DNA of 64,000 nt, from the NCBI GenBank assembly GCA_002633005.1, contig NMRA01000827.1, positions 11,451 to 75,450 of the forward strand. Reading direction: 5' to 3'. This document shows positions 27,021 through 40,559 of the stretch, one piece after another. The number at the start of each line of letters is the position of its first letter. The first letter of the stretch is position 1. The stretch is from Phoronis australis. Taxonomy: Eukaryota; Animalia; Phoronida. The notes beneath the pieces are model-generated. The model made no database searches, was not told the DNA's origin, and saw only the letters and a program-made list of their open reading frames with translations. The position numbers were made by a program, and so were the translations under genes.

Positions 27021-28437
27021 GTAAATTTACGACGCCGTAATATTGAATAATTGGAAGAAAAACTCATGCATAATAAGCAGATTTTGACCTTTCTCTTGGC
27101 ATGTTTATGAATGAACGGGTCATCTGGTGCCTGAGTATTGCAGTCACGAATACCGGCAAATTTTGGATGAAACTTTCAGGTGCTATCCAGTCGTGGAGAA
27201 GGCGATGTTTTTCAAAGTGAATTAAATGAAGTTTGCTTGTTTTTAATCCATGTTTTGTGAAGTAGAGTGAATAAATAATCGTAATCTACAAGAAAAAATG
27301 AACTGATTTTCACTGAAAGTGACTGTTTCTGTCTGGTCAGGAAATAGGATTTCCGACTTTAGACTCATAGTGCACTCGCATGGAACCCGAACAAAATATA
27401 CAGTGTATGAATACCCGGCGCTCGTTTGTATTCGGTAGGTACATGTAGGCCAGTACCACTGAGTCTTGTGTATAAGTGCAAGTAGAAAAAGATATGAAAA
27501 ATACACGAGAGTACGAAATCTATATTTTGGACTACTACATCTTCGGACAATTGCACCTTTAAATTACTGTACATTCGGACATTGTGTGCAGTTGTTGGTG
27601 ATAGCTTTCTGTTGCCGGACCCACGATCATGGTCAGACCTCAAGGAGTCGTTAAACCCTGTCTCGAGTGTTGGAGTGTGGTGACCCTGGTGTGAAGATCG
27701 ATGTTTAGTTAGTTTAAGCTCTCAAGTCTTGACAACGCCGTATTCAACGTTGAACAACACTCTTCAATGATTATTTTCGACGCACAACATTCCACGTCTC
27801 AAAGAAATATCTTTGGCAGACACTTTTACTGATAGAGCACGTCTACCGTCTTTAGTGAAGTGTGAGGCGAACATAGACTTGTATCAACTGCAGGGTGCGA
27901 ATGCCTTCGTGTAACGTAAGAGGTATATGAGACTTGCCAGCAAGCTTTTGGTAAACTTACAAACGAAACCTTCCTACATTTACGTCCACATGTTTGTACT
28001 TTGCACTGTGCAATAATAGATCATAGAGATTCTCAACTCCGACGCTCAACGTCTTCCTGTAGTAGAACTCTTGGTATCGTGAGTACTTTTGGAAAGGCTA
28101 CAAGCCGTGCGTCAGTTGCACATTTCGAACTCTAGCGCTAGTCTGATCTTGTCGTCTGCTTGCATATGCATGTACTCGCTCTGAACAGTTGGGATCCGTT
28201 GGTTATACTGTGCCTGAGCCTTAGGTAAAGTAATGAAGTAGCCCTAAAACGGACCGTTGAATAAATTAACATTAATCACAGAGTGCACCGTGCTCACTCA
28301 AGTATTGGAGGTCCTCTTTGTTCAAGTTTTCACCAAGAAAGGTCGGATGAAAACAAAGAAGGTAACAAAGTCGTGTAATCCATCATTAGTGGATGTTACT
28401 GTCCACTAAATGACGTCACGAGCCTTGTATCGTTCAG

Positions 28438-28660
28438 GCGCCTGTTCCAAGAAACTGACTTAAGTTCATTTTTGACTTAAGTTTAAGATTTGTCTTAACT
28501 TCCAAACTTTGAAACCTCCACAGTCGGCAAGTTAATCAAAATTAAGATAAAACTTATGTCAAATGCTTAAGTCAAACTTAAGATCTCTTTCTTGAATCGT
28601 TTTTGAGACAAATTTAATTAAGATTTGTCTTAGCTAAGTCAGATTTGTTGGAACGGGTCC
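28438..28660. mobile_element. PIF/Harbinger-type MITE with CAG target-site duplication
   Basis: CAG at 28435-28437 and 28661-28663; imperfect TIRs; empty site CGTTCAGTTCT in the paralog near 15087-15097. Confidence 0.88.
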
Positions 28661-31600
28661 CAGTTCTGGATCCATAAATAAATCCTATTCAACGTAGTGA
28701 TTGATGAAAAATTGCATAGGCTACACGGTCTTTATGTGCATTAATCTCAACGTTTTTTAAAGAAATGTGTGTGAAGTTTTTGCCAGTGTTTTCTAAAGTT
28801 TGTTTAAGCAATGTATTAACGAAGTCATAGCTTGTATGTTCACCATTGTAAAACCCCACTTAACTTCTGTCTATAAGTTAAGGCCGAAAACGGACTTTTT
28901 TATTCATGAAACAGTCTTTTCTGAACTTTCACACTCTCTCTTCGCTGGCCCAAGTTTCGGTGTCAACTTGGACAAGTCATCTGTGTGGTCTTAAGTAGTA
29001 AGTCTCAAGTCACTATTCAAAAAATAGTTCCCAGGACTTCGCAAAAATTACCAATTCGTTAATGGCTGCGACCAGGCTCTCTGTGTTAATTTATGCACTG
29101 AGCACGTTCTGTGCTAGTCTGTGAACCAACCTTTTCTCTAACAACAACGCCTCAAATCGTCTTTCATCTTCTACTCTTACAGTTTCTAAATCAATGACGT
29201 TATGTACATTTTAGCGATCCAGCCAATGAGCCACGCGGATGAACTTGTTTACGAGTTCACCGCTAGATGAAAAATATGAATGACGGAGAGGCAAGCGAAA
29301 AGTAAAACGTAGAATCGTTTTGTAAATAAGTTCTTTTGAAGGGATTGATTTCCATGTGGTTATGTTCGCCGAATCATTTTCCTTGTATGTTCTGGGTATT
29401 CTCCAATCAATATATCGCCATGAAAACAAATCATTTCTGCGCTTAAATGTCTTCACACGATTGTAATTTGGACGTGTGCAGTTTAGTGTGACATGTATGA
29501 CACTAAATTTTTCTCTTTCAAAGGACGAACTTCCAACCTTGTCCAAAGGTGGTTCTCCGACAAACGTACATGTACTAGTGGATACGGGCAATAGTCTGAT
29601 ATAACGTGCCGCATTTTGAGAACCAGTTTGATGCCCGTTATTTAGTTCTCAAAATTCGGTCACGTTATATGAGACCATTACGTGGATATGTACTGAGCTC
29701 ACCTCCAGTGATGCGTTTTGACCAAAAGAAATGCAAAGAAAGAGCCATGTTCAAAATTTGTCAAAACTATATCTGTTCAAACAATCACTGATTTCGGTGC
29801 TTATTGGTCCAGTTTTACAACGTTTTATGCATGCTGGTGTTCTACATACTGCAGCCTACTTTCTGTTAAGATCCTCTGATGCACAAAAAGCACGCTCATT
29901 AGATACAATATTTTTCAGTTTCCGCGATGCATTATCACAGTACATAGGAAAACTACTGCCATATCCTATCAAGAATTCACTTCATCTGGTAATGTCCCAA
30001 CGAGACAGAAGGACGAGTTTGGATATTCCCAGACCAAATAAATTCGAGATAGAATAGCGCAATTGTATTCCTATTTATCCCATCTTATTGGCATCTCTGC
30101 GATATCTTTTCGCCATGTGCTTTGGCTTGTTGTTTTATCAGACGTCATATATACGTGTAAGCCAAGATTATAATAATAATGTGTACATGCCGGTTAAGAG
30201 ACTAGATTATCTGTGAAAGTGTTGAATAATTAGTAAAGTTTTATTTCATAATAAATTGATAAGACTTTTCAGTTCGCCAAATATACAAGATAAAACATTG
30301 AACCATTCAATAATATTAAACGTTCGTCGGAAACTTAGAAATAATCCATCGGGAAACAATAAAATTGAAACATTAACTGGACGGTTCTGTTGCAGTGCGT
30401 TGTTTTAGCTTCGATGAATTTCTTAGTTTTCTTGGACTATTTTCGTGTCTTAGCTTCAGGAATAGAAACAGTAGAAGAAATACCCCCCCCCTCCTTCCGG
30501 ATGATTACAGCACTCGAAAATAACGGTGGAAATTGTGCCGATTTGAAGAATTTGGGGGTAATGACTGTACTGCAAAATCAGATTTTACGCTACCAGCGAG
30601 GGAAATTTGTGTACCCCTGCCAGCAGATGATTGTGTCAGTAAAAAGATATCCTCGATATTAGGTCGCAATTTAATGTTAACTTCTTAGTTATCAGTGTAG
30701 ATATATATGTATTGTTTACATCTATACCAAAACGCTTTCGTTTGATTTGAAGTACAGCCAGCTACTTATGGCCTATTTATATTGTTCCAGATTGAAGATA
30801 GCGAACCCTAGAATAGCCAACCGATCATCGTGCGTCGGAATTTTCATCCGTAAATCTGTTTTGTTTTTAGAGCCGTAAAACTACTTTTCAGGAATGACAC
30901 CTTAGACCAATGTTTCAAGTAATGCAAAATGAACGATCTCAATCAAATTTGGCGTTGTGATGAATTTACTTCACCAGGAGACTGCACACTAACCGTGAAA
31001 TACCGCCTCAAACCGCTTGTATACATATTAAGTTATGCCACCTACATAGGAATACTACTGCGATATCCTATCGAGAATACGTTTCATCTGGGAGTATGTC
31101 CCAACGAGACATACATGTACTCTATCTTACACAACTGTAGGTCACACTTTCGTGTAAATATTTTAGTTCTCAGTGTAAATATACTGTATACATCCATAAC
31201 AAAACGTTTTCGTTTACCCGCTGCTTCTTCAGCCTTGTTCGGAGAGGCTTGCATCAGGATCCAAACGAGCGCAGCGCCGGAGTCGGACGCAGCTCTGATG
31301 ACCACGTTATCCAGTGCGAGCAAGGCCCAATTAAGGGTAATTAACCGGACGAAACTGTATTAAACACTGATCGCTGCCTGTACATGTTTGAGAATTTTCA
31401 AAATGCATAAACCAATAATTTTCGTTAAAAATAAACAAGAGGCAGTATTCAGCTGAAAAAATCAACATAGAACGTTTTTTTTATTTTAAAAGTCGATGAA
31501 CTAATAAGCTAAAAACTACAAACATTGGTTACGGAACGAAGATAAACAACCGAGCGTCGACGTAAACTGGTAGGATACCTGAACGCTTCTTACCAGCTTC

Positions 31601-33692
31601 GGTAGTTAACGGACATGGAAGTAAACGGTACATGTAAGTGACGCTGTTGTTATCGAAGTATTCGCAAGGTATCTCTGATGCGTCGCGTGCACGCTAAGAT
31701 TTTTTTAACGTGACAATGTAGGAACATTTACATGCTAATTGACATAAAACTTACTTTTAAATCGACTGGTGATTATTCGAGCAAAATATGAGCGACGGCA
31801 ACAGTGGCACCTGGCGAAAACTTCTATAGGACCGAAGTTGACCGTTCATAGTGCACCGAAGCGTCGACACTCCGTTGTTAAATACACCTGTTCACAGCAA
31901 AGTTAACTGGCAGTGTTAACTTCGATCCAGGACCGAAGGTAATCATTCAAAATGACCACAACTAAATGAAACTAATCTACACAAACAGGTTGCGATCCGT
32001 GACTTTGAGTATTTTGCCTTTGTTAACAGTATTTTACTCTTAAAATGCTTGCATGTTATGCAGTCGTGGTTGGGTAACTGGCACCATAACTAAGGATGCT
32101 CATGAGAACGAATTTCAATCCTAGGGTTGAACGTATCTCTGTGCAATTATCACACGTGATCCACCATGGACGAAATCGTCCTCGGAGTCTCATTGGCTCA
32201 GACTGATCACCCATACATGTCAGAGCGTGTTACTAGTTGTCCTTGCCAACTGTCAGACAGTCCATTACCATGGTTACTTCCATTTCTATTGTTCCATAGC
32301 ACATTGCCTCTGCTGGACCCTTTACTATCACGGCCATCTAAAGTCTCGTTTGCACTACAAAGACTGACACGGACCAGCTGACACGGAACGAGATGATCGT
32401 GGGCAAATATGTGAGTAAACAGAACTGGCACGGAAAAAATTGTCACCGCGGTGACAAATTCTGTCAACCGTTTGTGAGGTACACCAAGTTGTGCCCGATC
32501 ATCTTGCTCTGCAACACTGGGACAATGCGGTAGGGATCATTTCTATTGCGCTTGCGCAAAAACGCACATATATACAAGTGATCATTCACGCGCAGTTTTT
32601 GCGATTTGCCAGTCATCCTGGCCACCTTTTATTTTGTCACGAATTAGTCAGTTGACACAGTTAGCAGTCACGAGTGGGCTCAATTCAAATACTTGGTTAT
32701 GTACAGTAGACCTACTGATGAAATGGTTATCAACTGATCAAAAAATTCATTGAAGCAAAACTCAATGTCACGAATTGTGAATGCAGGGGCAATTAGAAGC
32801 ACCGTAGCAACAAAAAGAATAATAACAGTAATGAATTGTGACTCCTGCAATTTGCATCTTTGCGCTTGAGTACTCCACATTTCTGCCTATAACTCCTCCT
32901 TGCCACCGTTGTGTGTGTGTAAACGGCGCTTGACATCGGTCATCCTGCACCGTGTCAGTTTCGCGGTGTCAAAAGTTTCATCATTAAAGTGTCCAAAGGG
33001 AGTTTAAATGATCGTTCAAAGATCCCTTTAAATCTGTTCACTGATTTGCAAACCATATTAGTTTCTGCCACGGGCCGTTTGATCTTTCCACGAAATGTTT
33101 TACTTCTTTACCTCACCATTTTTGCTTTCCTATTGTCCACTTTTCAATTTATTTTATTGACTGGTTAGTTGTTTTGCTTATGTATTTAGTTTGTTGCGAA
33201 TTAAGGCAGCGGAGCTTTCCACGTCCATTGCCATAGTTTGTATTGTAGAATTCTTAAAAGGAGCGCATGTGCCAATTTTCAGACGACTTACTGCATCACA
33301 CAAACTCAACTCTACGTTCACCGTTAAATAATCTAGCTTACTCAATGAAGACTGTGTCAGATTTTATTTTACCACTTTTTTACCCACATCCCCGCAAAGC
33401 TTTATATTTAGTATAAGGCGTTGTACCAAAGCTAAGCAACAGACTGCTACGGCATGTGTGAGGTCGTGGGTTAGATACCGCGTAAATGCCGTCCGCAAAT
33501 CTCTCCTCAAGGATACGTACTTAAAATCTTCGCTTTGAAAGATCACCTCGTTTTATTTGCTCTCGTTGCAGATTTTATCAGAATAGGCCTATGCATACTG
33601 CAGTCAACAAACTATACAGTATACGACGTGATTTCTAATACCAACTTGAGACTGAATAAATCCTCTTCAACCTGAAAAGCAACCACACCGGA

Positions 33693-35189
33693 ATGGAAGG
33701 AGCGTCCTTTGAGCACCTATCATCAAATAGAAACAAAAACGAAGAAAGCGACGTAGTTGACAGTAATACAGAAAATGGTGTTTCCCGTGAAAGTTTCAGG
33801 AAGAAGGTGTACTTTACGATAGCAGTGTACTACGCCGTGTGCAGCATTGGTGTCACGTGCTCGATATTGGGACCAAGCCTTATAGATTTACAAGAGCTTT
33901 ATCAAATCAGCACGTCATCAGTAGTTGTGCTATTTACGTGCGTATCAACCGGATATCTTACTGGTTCTCTGATTGGAGGATACTTGTTTACAAAACTCAA
34001 CGACCAGTTCTACTTCTTTCTGTCGACCAGTTGCTTGGCAATTACCTTTGGAGCCTCACCTTGGCTTCCTCATTTCGTGGTCTTCTGTGCGGTTATGTCT
34101 GTCGGCGGAGTTTGCCAAGGTCTGCTAGAAGTGGCATGCCACGTGTACGTGATGTCCACGTGGAAATCGAGCAAACATATGGAGTCCCTTACTCTTCTAG
34201 TCTCGGTCATATGGTCGCTCGGATCCACCACGGCGCCATTTTTGGTTGAGCCGTTTCTTTCTCTGGATAATCCGTTGTTAGAGGTCAATAACAGCACAAC
34301 AAACACAACACTATTTGACAGTACAGATGTGATTCCCCCCTTTAGAGGCACAAGAGTGGCAGTTGGAATAACTGTAGCGGCGCTTGTGACGTCTGTTGGG
34401 GCTTTCCTGTGCGGAACTGCATTCTGCTTTAATGGTATGAGATACAGACGTGAACATTCCACTAACTTAGACGTTCATAAGAAGCAGGAGCTGTCCCGCT
34501 CTTTTAAAATTGGCATTGCAGTTTTCAGTGTTAGTTTGTATTTCTTCTATGTAGGTCTTGAACAGTGCTTGGGAAACTTGCTCACGACATATGTGGTTGA
34601 AGGCTTGAAATGGGACAAGTATAAGGGACCCTTGATAACATCTATTATGTGGGGTGTATTCGGATTTTCCCAGGTTGTTACCATGTTCCTTACAAAGATT
34701 TTCACTTCTGTTAAAATCGTAATCTCGCACACGGTTTTAGTGTGTGTCGCGTATATTGTCTTGAGCACAATGGCTCACTTCCACGAAACAGTCGTGTGGG
34801 TGTGTGTAGTTACCATAGGCTACGGACACGGCCCATTCTTCCATTGTGCAATGCTAGTAATTAACAAGTACGTCGTTGTGGATAGTTTCATGTCTTGTGC
34901 TATGGTTTCCGGTGCGTGTGTCTCAATGATGGCTACTGTGCCGCTAGTAGGTTACATTTATGCCACCTATGGGAAAAATGCCATGATCTACACCATGACT
35001 GCTCTAGCGTTTGCAACACTGTTTGACTTTATTGGAATGGTTTTATTTGCACGGCGTTACCAAATTTCAAAGCCACACCCGCACACAGAGACCAATGTGT
35101 CAGGAGAATTGTCAACATCATCAAAACTCGAGTTAACCGCGATAAGCGATGGGCACCTATTCAACGACAATGCGCCATCAACACCGTAA
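33693..35189 (+). CDS. MFS transporter, MFSD4/NaGLT1-like, paralog 2 (498 aa)
   Basis: Intact ORF, highly similar to 16949-18448 over its full length. Confidence 0.92.
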   Translation: MEGASFEHLSSNRNKNEESDVVDSNTENGVSRESFRKKVYFTIAVYYAVCSIGVTCSILGPSLIDLQELYQISTSSVVVLFTCVSTGYLTGSLIGGYLFTKLNDQFYFFLSTSCLAITFGASPWLPHFVVFCAVMSVGGVCQGLLEVACHVYVMSTWKSSKHMESLTLLVSVIWSLGSTTAPFLVEPFLSLDNPLLEVNNSTTNTTLFDSTDVIPPFRGTRVAVGITVAALVTSVGAFLCGTAFCFNGMRYRREHSTNLDVHKKQELSRSFKIGIAVFSVSLYFFYVGLEQCLGNLLTTYVVEGLKWDKYKGPLITSIMWGVFGFSQVVTMFLTKIFTSVKIVISHTVLVCVAYIVLSTMAHFHETVVWVCVVTIGYGHGPFFHCAMLVINKYVVVDSFMSCAMVSGACVSMMATVPLVGYIYATYGKNAMIYTMTALAFATLFDFIGMVLFARRYQISKPHPHTETNVSGELSTSSKLELTAISDGHLFNDNAPSTP

Positions 35190-36585
35190 ATGTATACCAA
35201 AAGAACACTGCAGATATGTGAATTACTTTGATGGAGGTATTTGTAATCTTCACCTCAATCGCGTTTCCATGGAACGTCTCCGTCGTGACATACGTTACCG
35301 CGATTTTGTTACCGTCTCATAGGTAGAGGAACTTTCAGGTTGTACACCGCCTGGTGCAACACCCCACAATAAATGTCAATGGAGCGGTGCAAATGGTCCG
35401 TTTCAGTAGGATAAAGGGGCATGCGATTTACAGTACACTGAAATGTTGGTGATTTGCAAAAATTGTTTCGGTGATAATTTTGAATGGAATGAGTAGCGAT
35501 CGGGATGCAAAAGAAGTTTCCCAGACAAATTCGTCCTCGCGAACTTTATTTCCGGCCATGGTGCAAATGTTGAATATTCAATGATTGTTATTAAATCAGT
35601 TCATAGATTGATCAGTTTGTTTTAAATGTTTTCATGATATGTTAAAAAATGTCTCATGGAAATAAACGTTGTGGATGTGTTGCGTCCAAAGCGAGCCAAT
35701 TTTCGCTTTAGAACTTGAAGAAGTTAATCTCTAGGTACATGAGTAGTATTTTGAATATTTCTGGAGATCAGAGAAAACAGCCATTGATATCAAAGTACTT
35801 GTACAACGCACATGAACTTATCAACTTTCAACCTTTGCTTTTAGAAAAACCGATGTACCCACATACATGTACTTTATATTAAGTTGTCACTATGTTTCTT
35901 TGCTATCCTGTGAACTGGTTTTATGTGCAAAATATACGTTAGTTGTTTCAGATGAATTCAGCGTAGATTAACAAAATCACGCGTAGATTACGCATAAGTA
36001 CACGTTTGTTAAAAAATCACGTGTAGATTAAGCAAAATCAATCGTAAATTAAGCAAAATTACGCGTAGATTAAGCATATTTCATCGCGTAGGAATGAATG
36101 TACTCGTTTAAGTACCCACATTAATATATACCAACAACGGTGCAGTACATGTGTACAGTGAGGCTATAAATGTGTTCTTGTTCACTAGCGGACAGCGACA
36201 AGGAATTATTGAAAATAAAAGAGTAAGTTCAACAGTTCAATATTGTTGCATCTGATTTCTATACATGAATCTGTACATATTTTTGTTTTTATACATTTGT
36301 AATAGCATATCTACGTATTGGAATACTTATATTAGATACTACTTAATTGTATATACCTCTATGTATATTAGTTTCATTTATGAATTGTTTACAACCCAGA
36401 TATAATGCTTCGCGGTTTCTGGGTTTGTTATTATTTTACTGTATGTTCTGTATATTCTTCAATAAATATATATCACTTTAAAAAAGTACAACAGAAGGTA
36501 GACCTAAATTAAATGTCTTAATGGTGCAATTACGTTTATTCCATGCATTAATTTGACACAACTCTAGACCTACCTGGTTATCGGC

Positions 36586-36804
36586 GATAGAAGTACTGCT
36601 GGGTATGCTGACAGAAGTACTGCTGGGTATGCTGACAGAAGTACCGCTGGGTATGCTGACAGAAGTACCGCTGGGTATGCTGACAGAAGTACCGCTGGGT
36701 ATGCTGACAGAAGTACCGCTGGGTATGCTGACAGAAGTACTGCTGGGTATGCTGACAGAAGTACTGCTGGGTATGCTGACAGAAGTACTGCTGGGTATGC
36801 TGAC
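36586..36804. repeat. 24-bp minisatellite, about 9 copies
   Basis: Unit GACAGAAGTACYGCTGGGTATGCT, head to tail. Confidence 0.95.
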
Positions 36805-37104
36805 GAGCCTACTCGCGAAACACTGTTCTTACACACAAGAGATTTTGTGTGATCTTCATTTTTCGCGAGTAAGTCCATCGTCTTCTGAAATGTCATTTGT
36901 TAGCTTTTGCTTCGGAGAACTTTGTAACGGTAGAATCAAAGTCATCAGAGTTGAGAATGTCATCCACCTCCTGGTAAAGTGAGGCACTCGGTGTAATGGG
37001 GAAGATGAGAAGTCGTGCGGCTGAGGTTGGTGCATGATTCAAACTTCTGGTATACATGTAGATTTGCAAATATGTAGATGCTGAGAATGGCCAGTAGAGA
37101 ATAA

Positions 37105-37276
37105 ACACAGAAAAATCAGGAGCCCCAAGTGGGAATCGAACAACAGGTCTCCAGATTGCCGGTCTAGTGCTCTTACCACTGAAATACTGAGGACCCGATA
37201 TCTGTGTAAGTACTGTTTAAAGCCAAGTTTTATGTCATACATTCCGTGAGTGGCGTTTCTCCTTTTTTCACACGAA
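37105..37276 (-). mobile_element. Fragment of a second hairpin plus tRNA-like element family
   Basis: Minus strand has CAGTGGTAAGAGCACTAGACCGGCAATCTGGAGACC..GTTCGATTCCC; homologous to 60541-60710 (+), including sequence upstream of the tRNA-like part. Confidence 0.6.
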
Positions 37277-38022
37277 AAACTGAGCCCTCAATTCAATCAA
37301 AACTATTAGGGGCATAGTCCTTAATTTAAGGGCGTTGCATGAAAATATCCCTACTCATTTTCAATAATATTGAGAATTCGACGTAGAGTTTTGTCTGGAT
37401 TTGTATCAAATCCAAAAATTGGCCGAGTAATGATACTCGAACAGCATAAGAAAGGACAATCAGTGTTTTCACAAGTCCACAGATATACAGTAGATTTAGG
37501 GAACTTGGTTGAGTCCCTATTTGGGACTGTTTTTCAAACCTTTGACAAGCTTTTAACTTCTTGGTCTTAATATATGGTTATAGTGTATCTAATTTCCACT
37601 CCTTGTTATACCGCATTGCTTTGCCACTGGACACATGGGTCTCTACAGAGAACTGTCCAGACTACACCCTGATTTCAATGACTCTCGTATAAATCTTTTT
37701 TCCTGATACTGAGGTGTTTGAACTTCCCGAACTGGCCTCGTCCGGTTTTTACAATTTACCAAGTATGCGGTTTTGCAGTTATGACCTTCCCCTATTTCCT
37801 CATCACGTGCAGCTGGTGCTGATTGGAAGAGTTGACTTGTAGAGTGTATTGATAACGTCTAGTGAGTCAGCGGAAATTTTGAGGGAATTACAGGAATGTT
37901 TAAAACGGACCGACTTTCAACTCAGAATCACAATGAAAACAGTTTCTTAATGTCGGATTTTGCCCCGTTTAGATGGATGGAAACGAAGCTCGTATAGGGC
38001 CTTTCACTGAAACTGACTAGTA

Positions 38023-38278
38023 CACGCGCGCACTCAATGGGGACTCGGAGGGCTCGAACGAGCCCCCCATTTGGCGAAGTGGACAAAAAGATCCGCCTCT
38101 GAGAAACAAAAAAAATCGATTAAACGAGAAAAAAGTCCACTAACAAGGCGCAGACGCACACTTCACAATACTGAAGGTGGTACCCCGTTTTTTTTAGTTC
38201 TTCAGCTTTTTCGTCGGCAAATGGTCCACTTGGTCAGAAATTCGAGCACCCCGAAACTAAAGGCTGGTTGCGCGCATG
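38023..38278. mobile_element. MITE, same family as 9009-9275
   Basis: Reverse-complement similarity and matching TIR. Confidence 0.7.
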
Positions 38279-38400
38279 TACACATTGTTGTGACAGGGTT
38301 CCGTGTTATTACCAACAATATCATCGAAACAATCGACGACTCAAGAACGTGTTACAGAATTTATTTGAGTTAGCCAACCCTAAAACTGCAGAAGTGGAAA

Positions 38401-39079
38401 CGGCGCATATACATGTACACATTGCCTGAGATTTGATTGGTAATACAAGTACGGCGCATATACACATTGCCTGAGACTTGATTGGTAATACAAGTACGGT
38501 GCATATACACATTGCCTGAGACTTGATTGGTAATACAAGTACGGTGCCTATACACATTGCTCGAGACTTCATTGCTAATACAAGTACGGTGCATATACAC
38601 ATTGCTTGAGACTTGATTGGTAATACAAGTACGGCGCATATACACATTGCTTGGACTTGATTGGTAATACAAGTACGGTGCCTATACACATTGCTTGAGA
38701 CTTGATTGGTAATACAAGTACGGCACATATACACATTGCTTGAGACTTGATTGGTAATACAAGTACGGCACATATACACATTGCCTGAGATTTGATTGGT
38801 AATACAAGTACGGCGCATATACACATTGCTTGAGATTTCATTGGTAATACAAGTACGGTGCAAATACACATTGCTTGGACTTGATTGGTAATACAAGTAC
38901 GGTGCCTATACACATTGCTTGAGACTTGATTGGTAATACAAGTAAGGCGCTTATACACATTGCTCGAGACTTGAATGGCAATACAAGTACGGCGCATATA
39001 CACATTGCCTGAGATTTGATTGGTAATGCAAGTACGGTGCATATACACATTGCCTGAGACTTGATTGGTAATACAAGTG
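38401..39079. repeat. ~45-bp minisatellite, about 15 copies
   Basis: Unit ATATACACATTGCYTGAGACTTGATTGGTAATACAAGTACGGYGC, no spacers. Confidence 0.95.
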
Positions 39080-39167
39080 GGGTCCCATAACAGTAAAAGA
39101 CCGATTTCAAGTGAGAAGATGACCTTTTTCGATCTTTGTGTTTGAATCGGCTAAACTGGGCGAATTT

Positions 39168-39998
39168 CGGATTGTGCTAAAACCCCCTCGATCCTCACAG
39201 CCCCCTCGGCACTCGACCCCCTCAACCCACAACCTCCACAACCCTTGATCCAAGGCCCACAACCCCCTCGACCCAGTCTACAAAAGCTCGAAGCTATCTG
39301 AACATAGAACAAGAGCTGACTTGCAGAACCAAAGAGTCGGGCCTTGAGCTCGGCTGTCTTGTCCCTGTTTTTTGCAATCAATGCAATCAGTTCGGCAAGT
39401 CTGAGAGCCAAAAACAGAAAAAAAACAGCGCGACCAAATCAAATCATGAACCTACCAATCTCACAAATGTTCCCGGCAGAGTGTAATCGTCTCCTCAGTG
39501 CTGTTCAGTAAATGGCAGATTCACGCTTTTTGTGGAGAGTGCGAGGAACCGTTTAAAATACAAACTTTTAAACTAAAAGTATCTCAACGTTACATAAAGT
39601 ATATTGTAAACGAGTATACAACACAAAGCAAACTATAAAAATGTGAAAATACGTCTATTCACGTTAACGTACTCTCTCCCTAAGTTTAGTTGAACAGGGT
39701 TTTTGGTAGCCGCTCGTGGAACTATTTCCGTGGCAACGATATCACGTTCACAATTCACTATATCAGATAATGGTCTTATGCCACTTTTTCGTTTTTGTTT
39801 TTAACCACCAGCCTTGCGCCAGTGCAGATTAGCGTGTAGGTAAGTCTTATGGAAAAATCATTCAGCGACGTAAAATGATCATTAAATATGTAAACAGTGC
39901 GAAGATACATCTATTGCCACAGGTCGCGGTTCGAGGGGGTTGTGGGTGATGGGGTGTGCGGCCGGGTCGAGGGAGTCCAGAGGTTTTAGAACAATCCG
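39168..39998. mobile_element. Unclassified ~830-bp TIR element with C-rich/G-rich subterminal repeats
   Basis: CGGATTGTGCTAAAACC versus GGTTTTAGAACAATCCG (16/17 inverted match); CCCTCGA and CCCACAAC motifs mirrored at the other end. Confidence 0.7.
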
Positions 39999-40193
39999 CG
40001 AAATGCAGGTGTAACCAAACCGCTGACTTTGGTAGCACTCAAGTCAAATAATTGTTGTCTGTACAGTTCCAGAGAAGACAAGATAACAATAGACATTTTA
40101 TGTACAATTCAAAATGTGTAGCTACCGCAATTTTTCTTTGCATTTTTGAAAAAGTTGATTTTGAAAGATAATGTAAGTATATAAATGTGTGGT

Positions 40194-40355
40194 TTCAGGA
40201 TGTTTACGCAGTATATTATATTTAGGATGCACATGTACACGCAGTATATTATATTTAGGATGTACATGTACACGCAGTATATTATATTTAGGATGTACAT
40301 GTACAAGCAGTATATTATATTTAGTATGTACATGTACACGCAGTATATTATATTT
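40194..40355. repeat. 33-bp tandem repeat, about 5 copies
   Basis: Unit TTTAGGATGTACATGTACACGCAGTATATTATA. Confidence 0.93.
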
Positions 40356-40559
40356 AACACCAAAAAAGAATTTTGCCTGTTACTTTGCAACCATGTTGTT
40401 CCGACCATAATGAATCAATGGATACGACTTACAAGTGGGCCCACGTAATTTGAATAGTTCCTAAAAGGCAAGATCGTAAGTTAAGAAATTATAGCTGCTA
40501 TGTTATGTTTCTATTAAATTAGGAAATGCTTGTTGTATGTTGGCATTGGCCTCACAATA

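Larger units (their letters stand above)
24258..37045 (+). repeat. Segmental duplication unit 2, expanded by insertions
   Basis: Collinear with unit 1; extra sequence at about 24350-27480, 28438-28660 and 30195-33430. Confidence 0.8.

Noticed and set aside
38401-39079. CRISPR-like array
   Set aside because: Units are head to tail with no unique spacers, there are no cas genes and the context is eukaryotic. The same applies to 36586-36804 and 61626-61750.
36570-40448. Repetitive ORFs (SAYPAVLL, MCICAVLV, YIIFRMYMYTQ)
   Set aside because: Translations of minisatellites, open in several frames.
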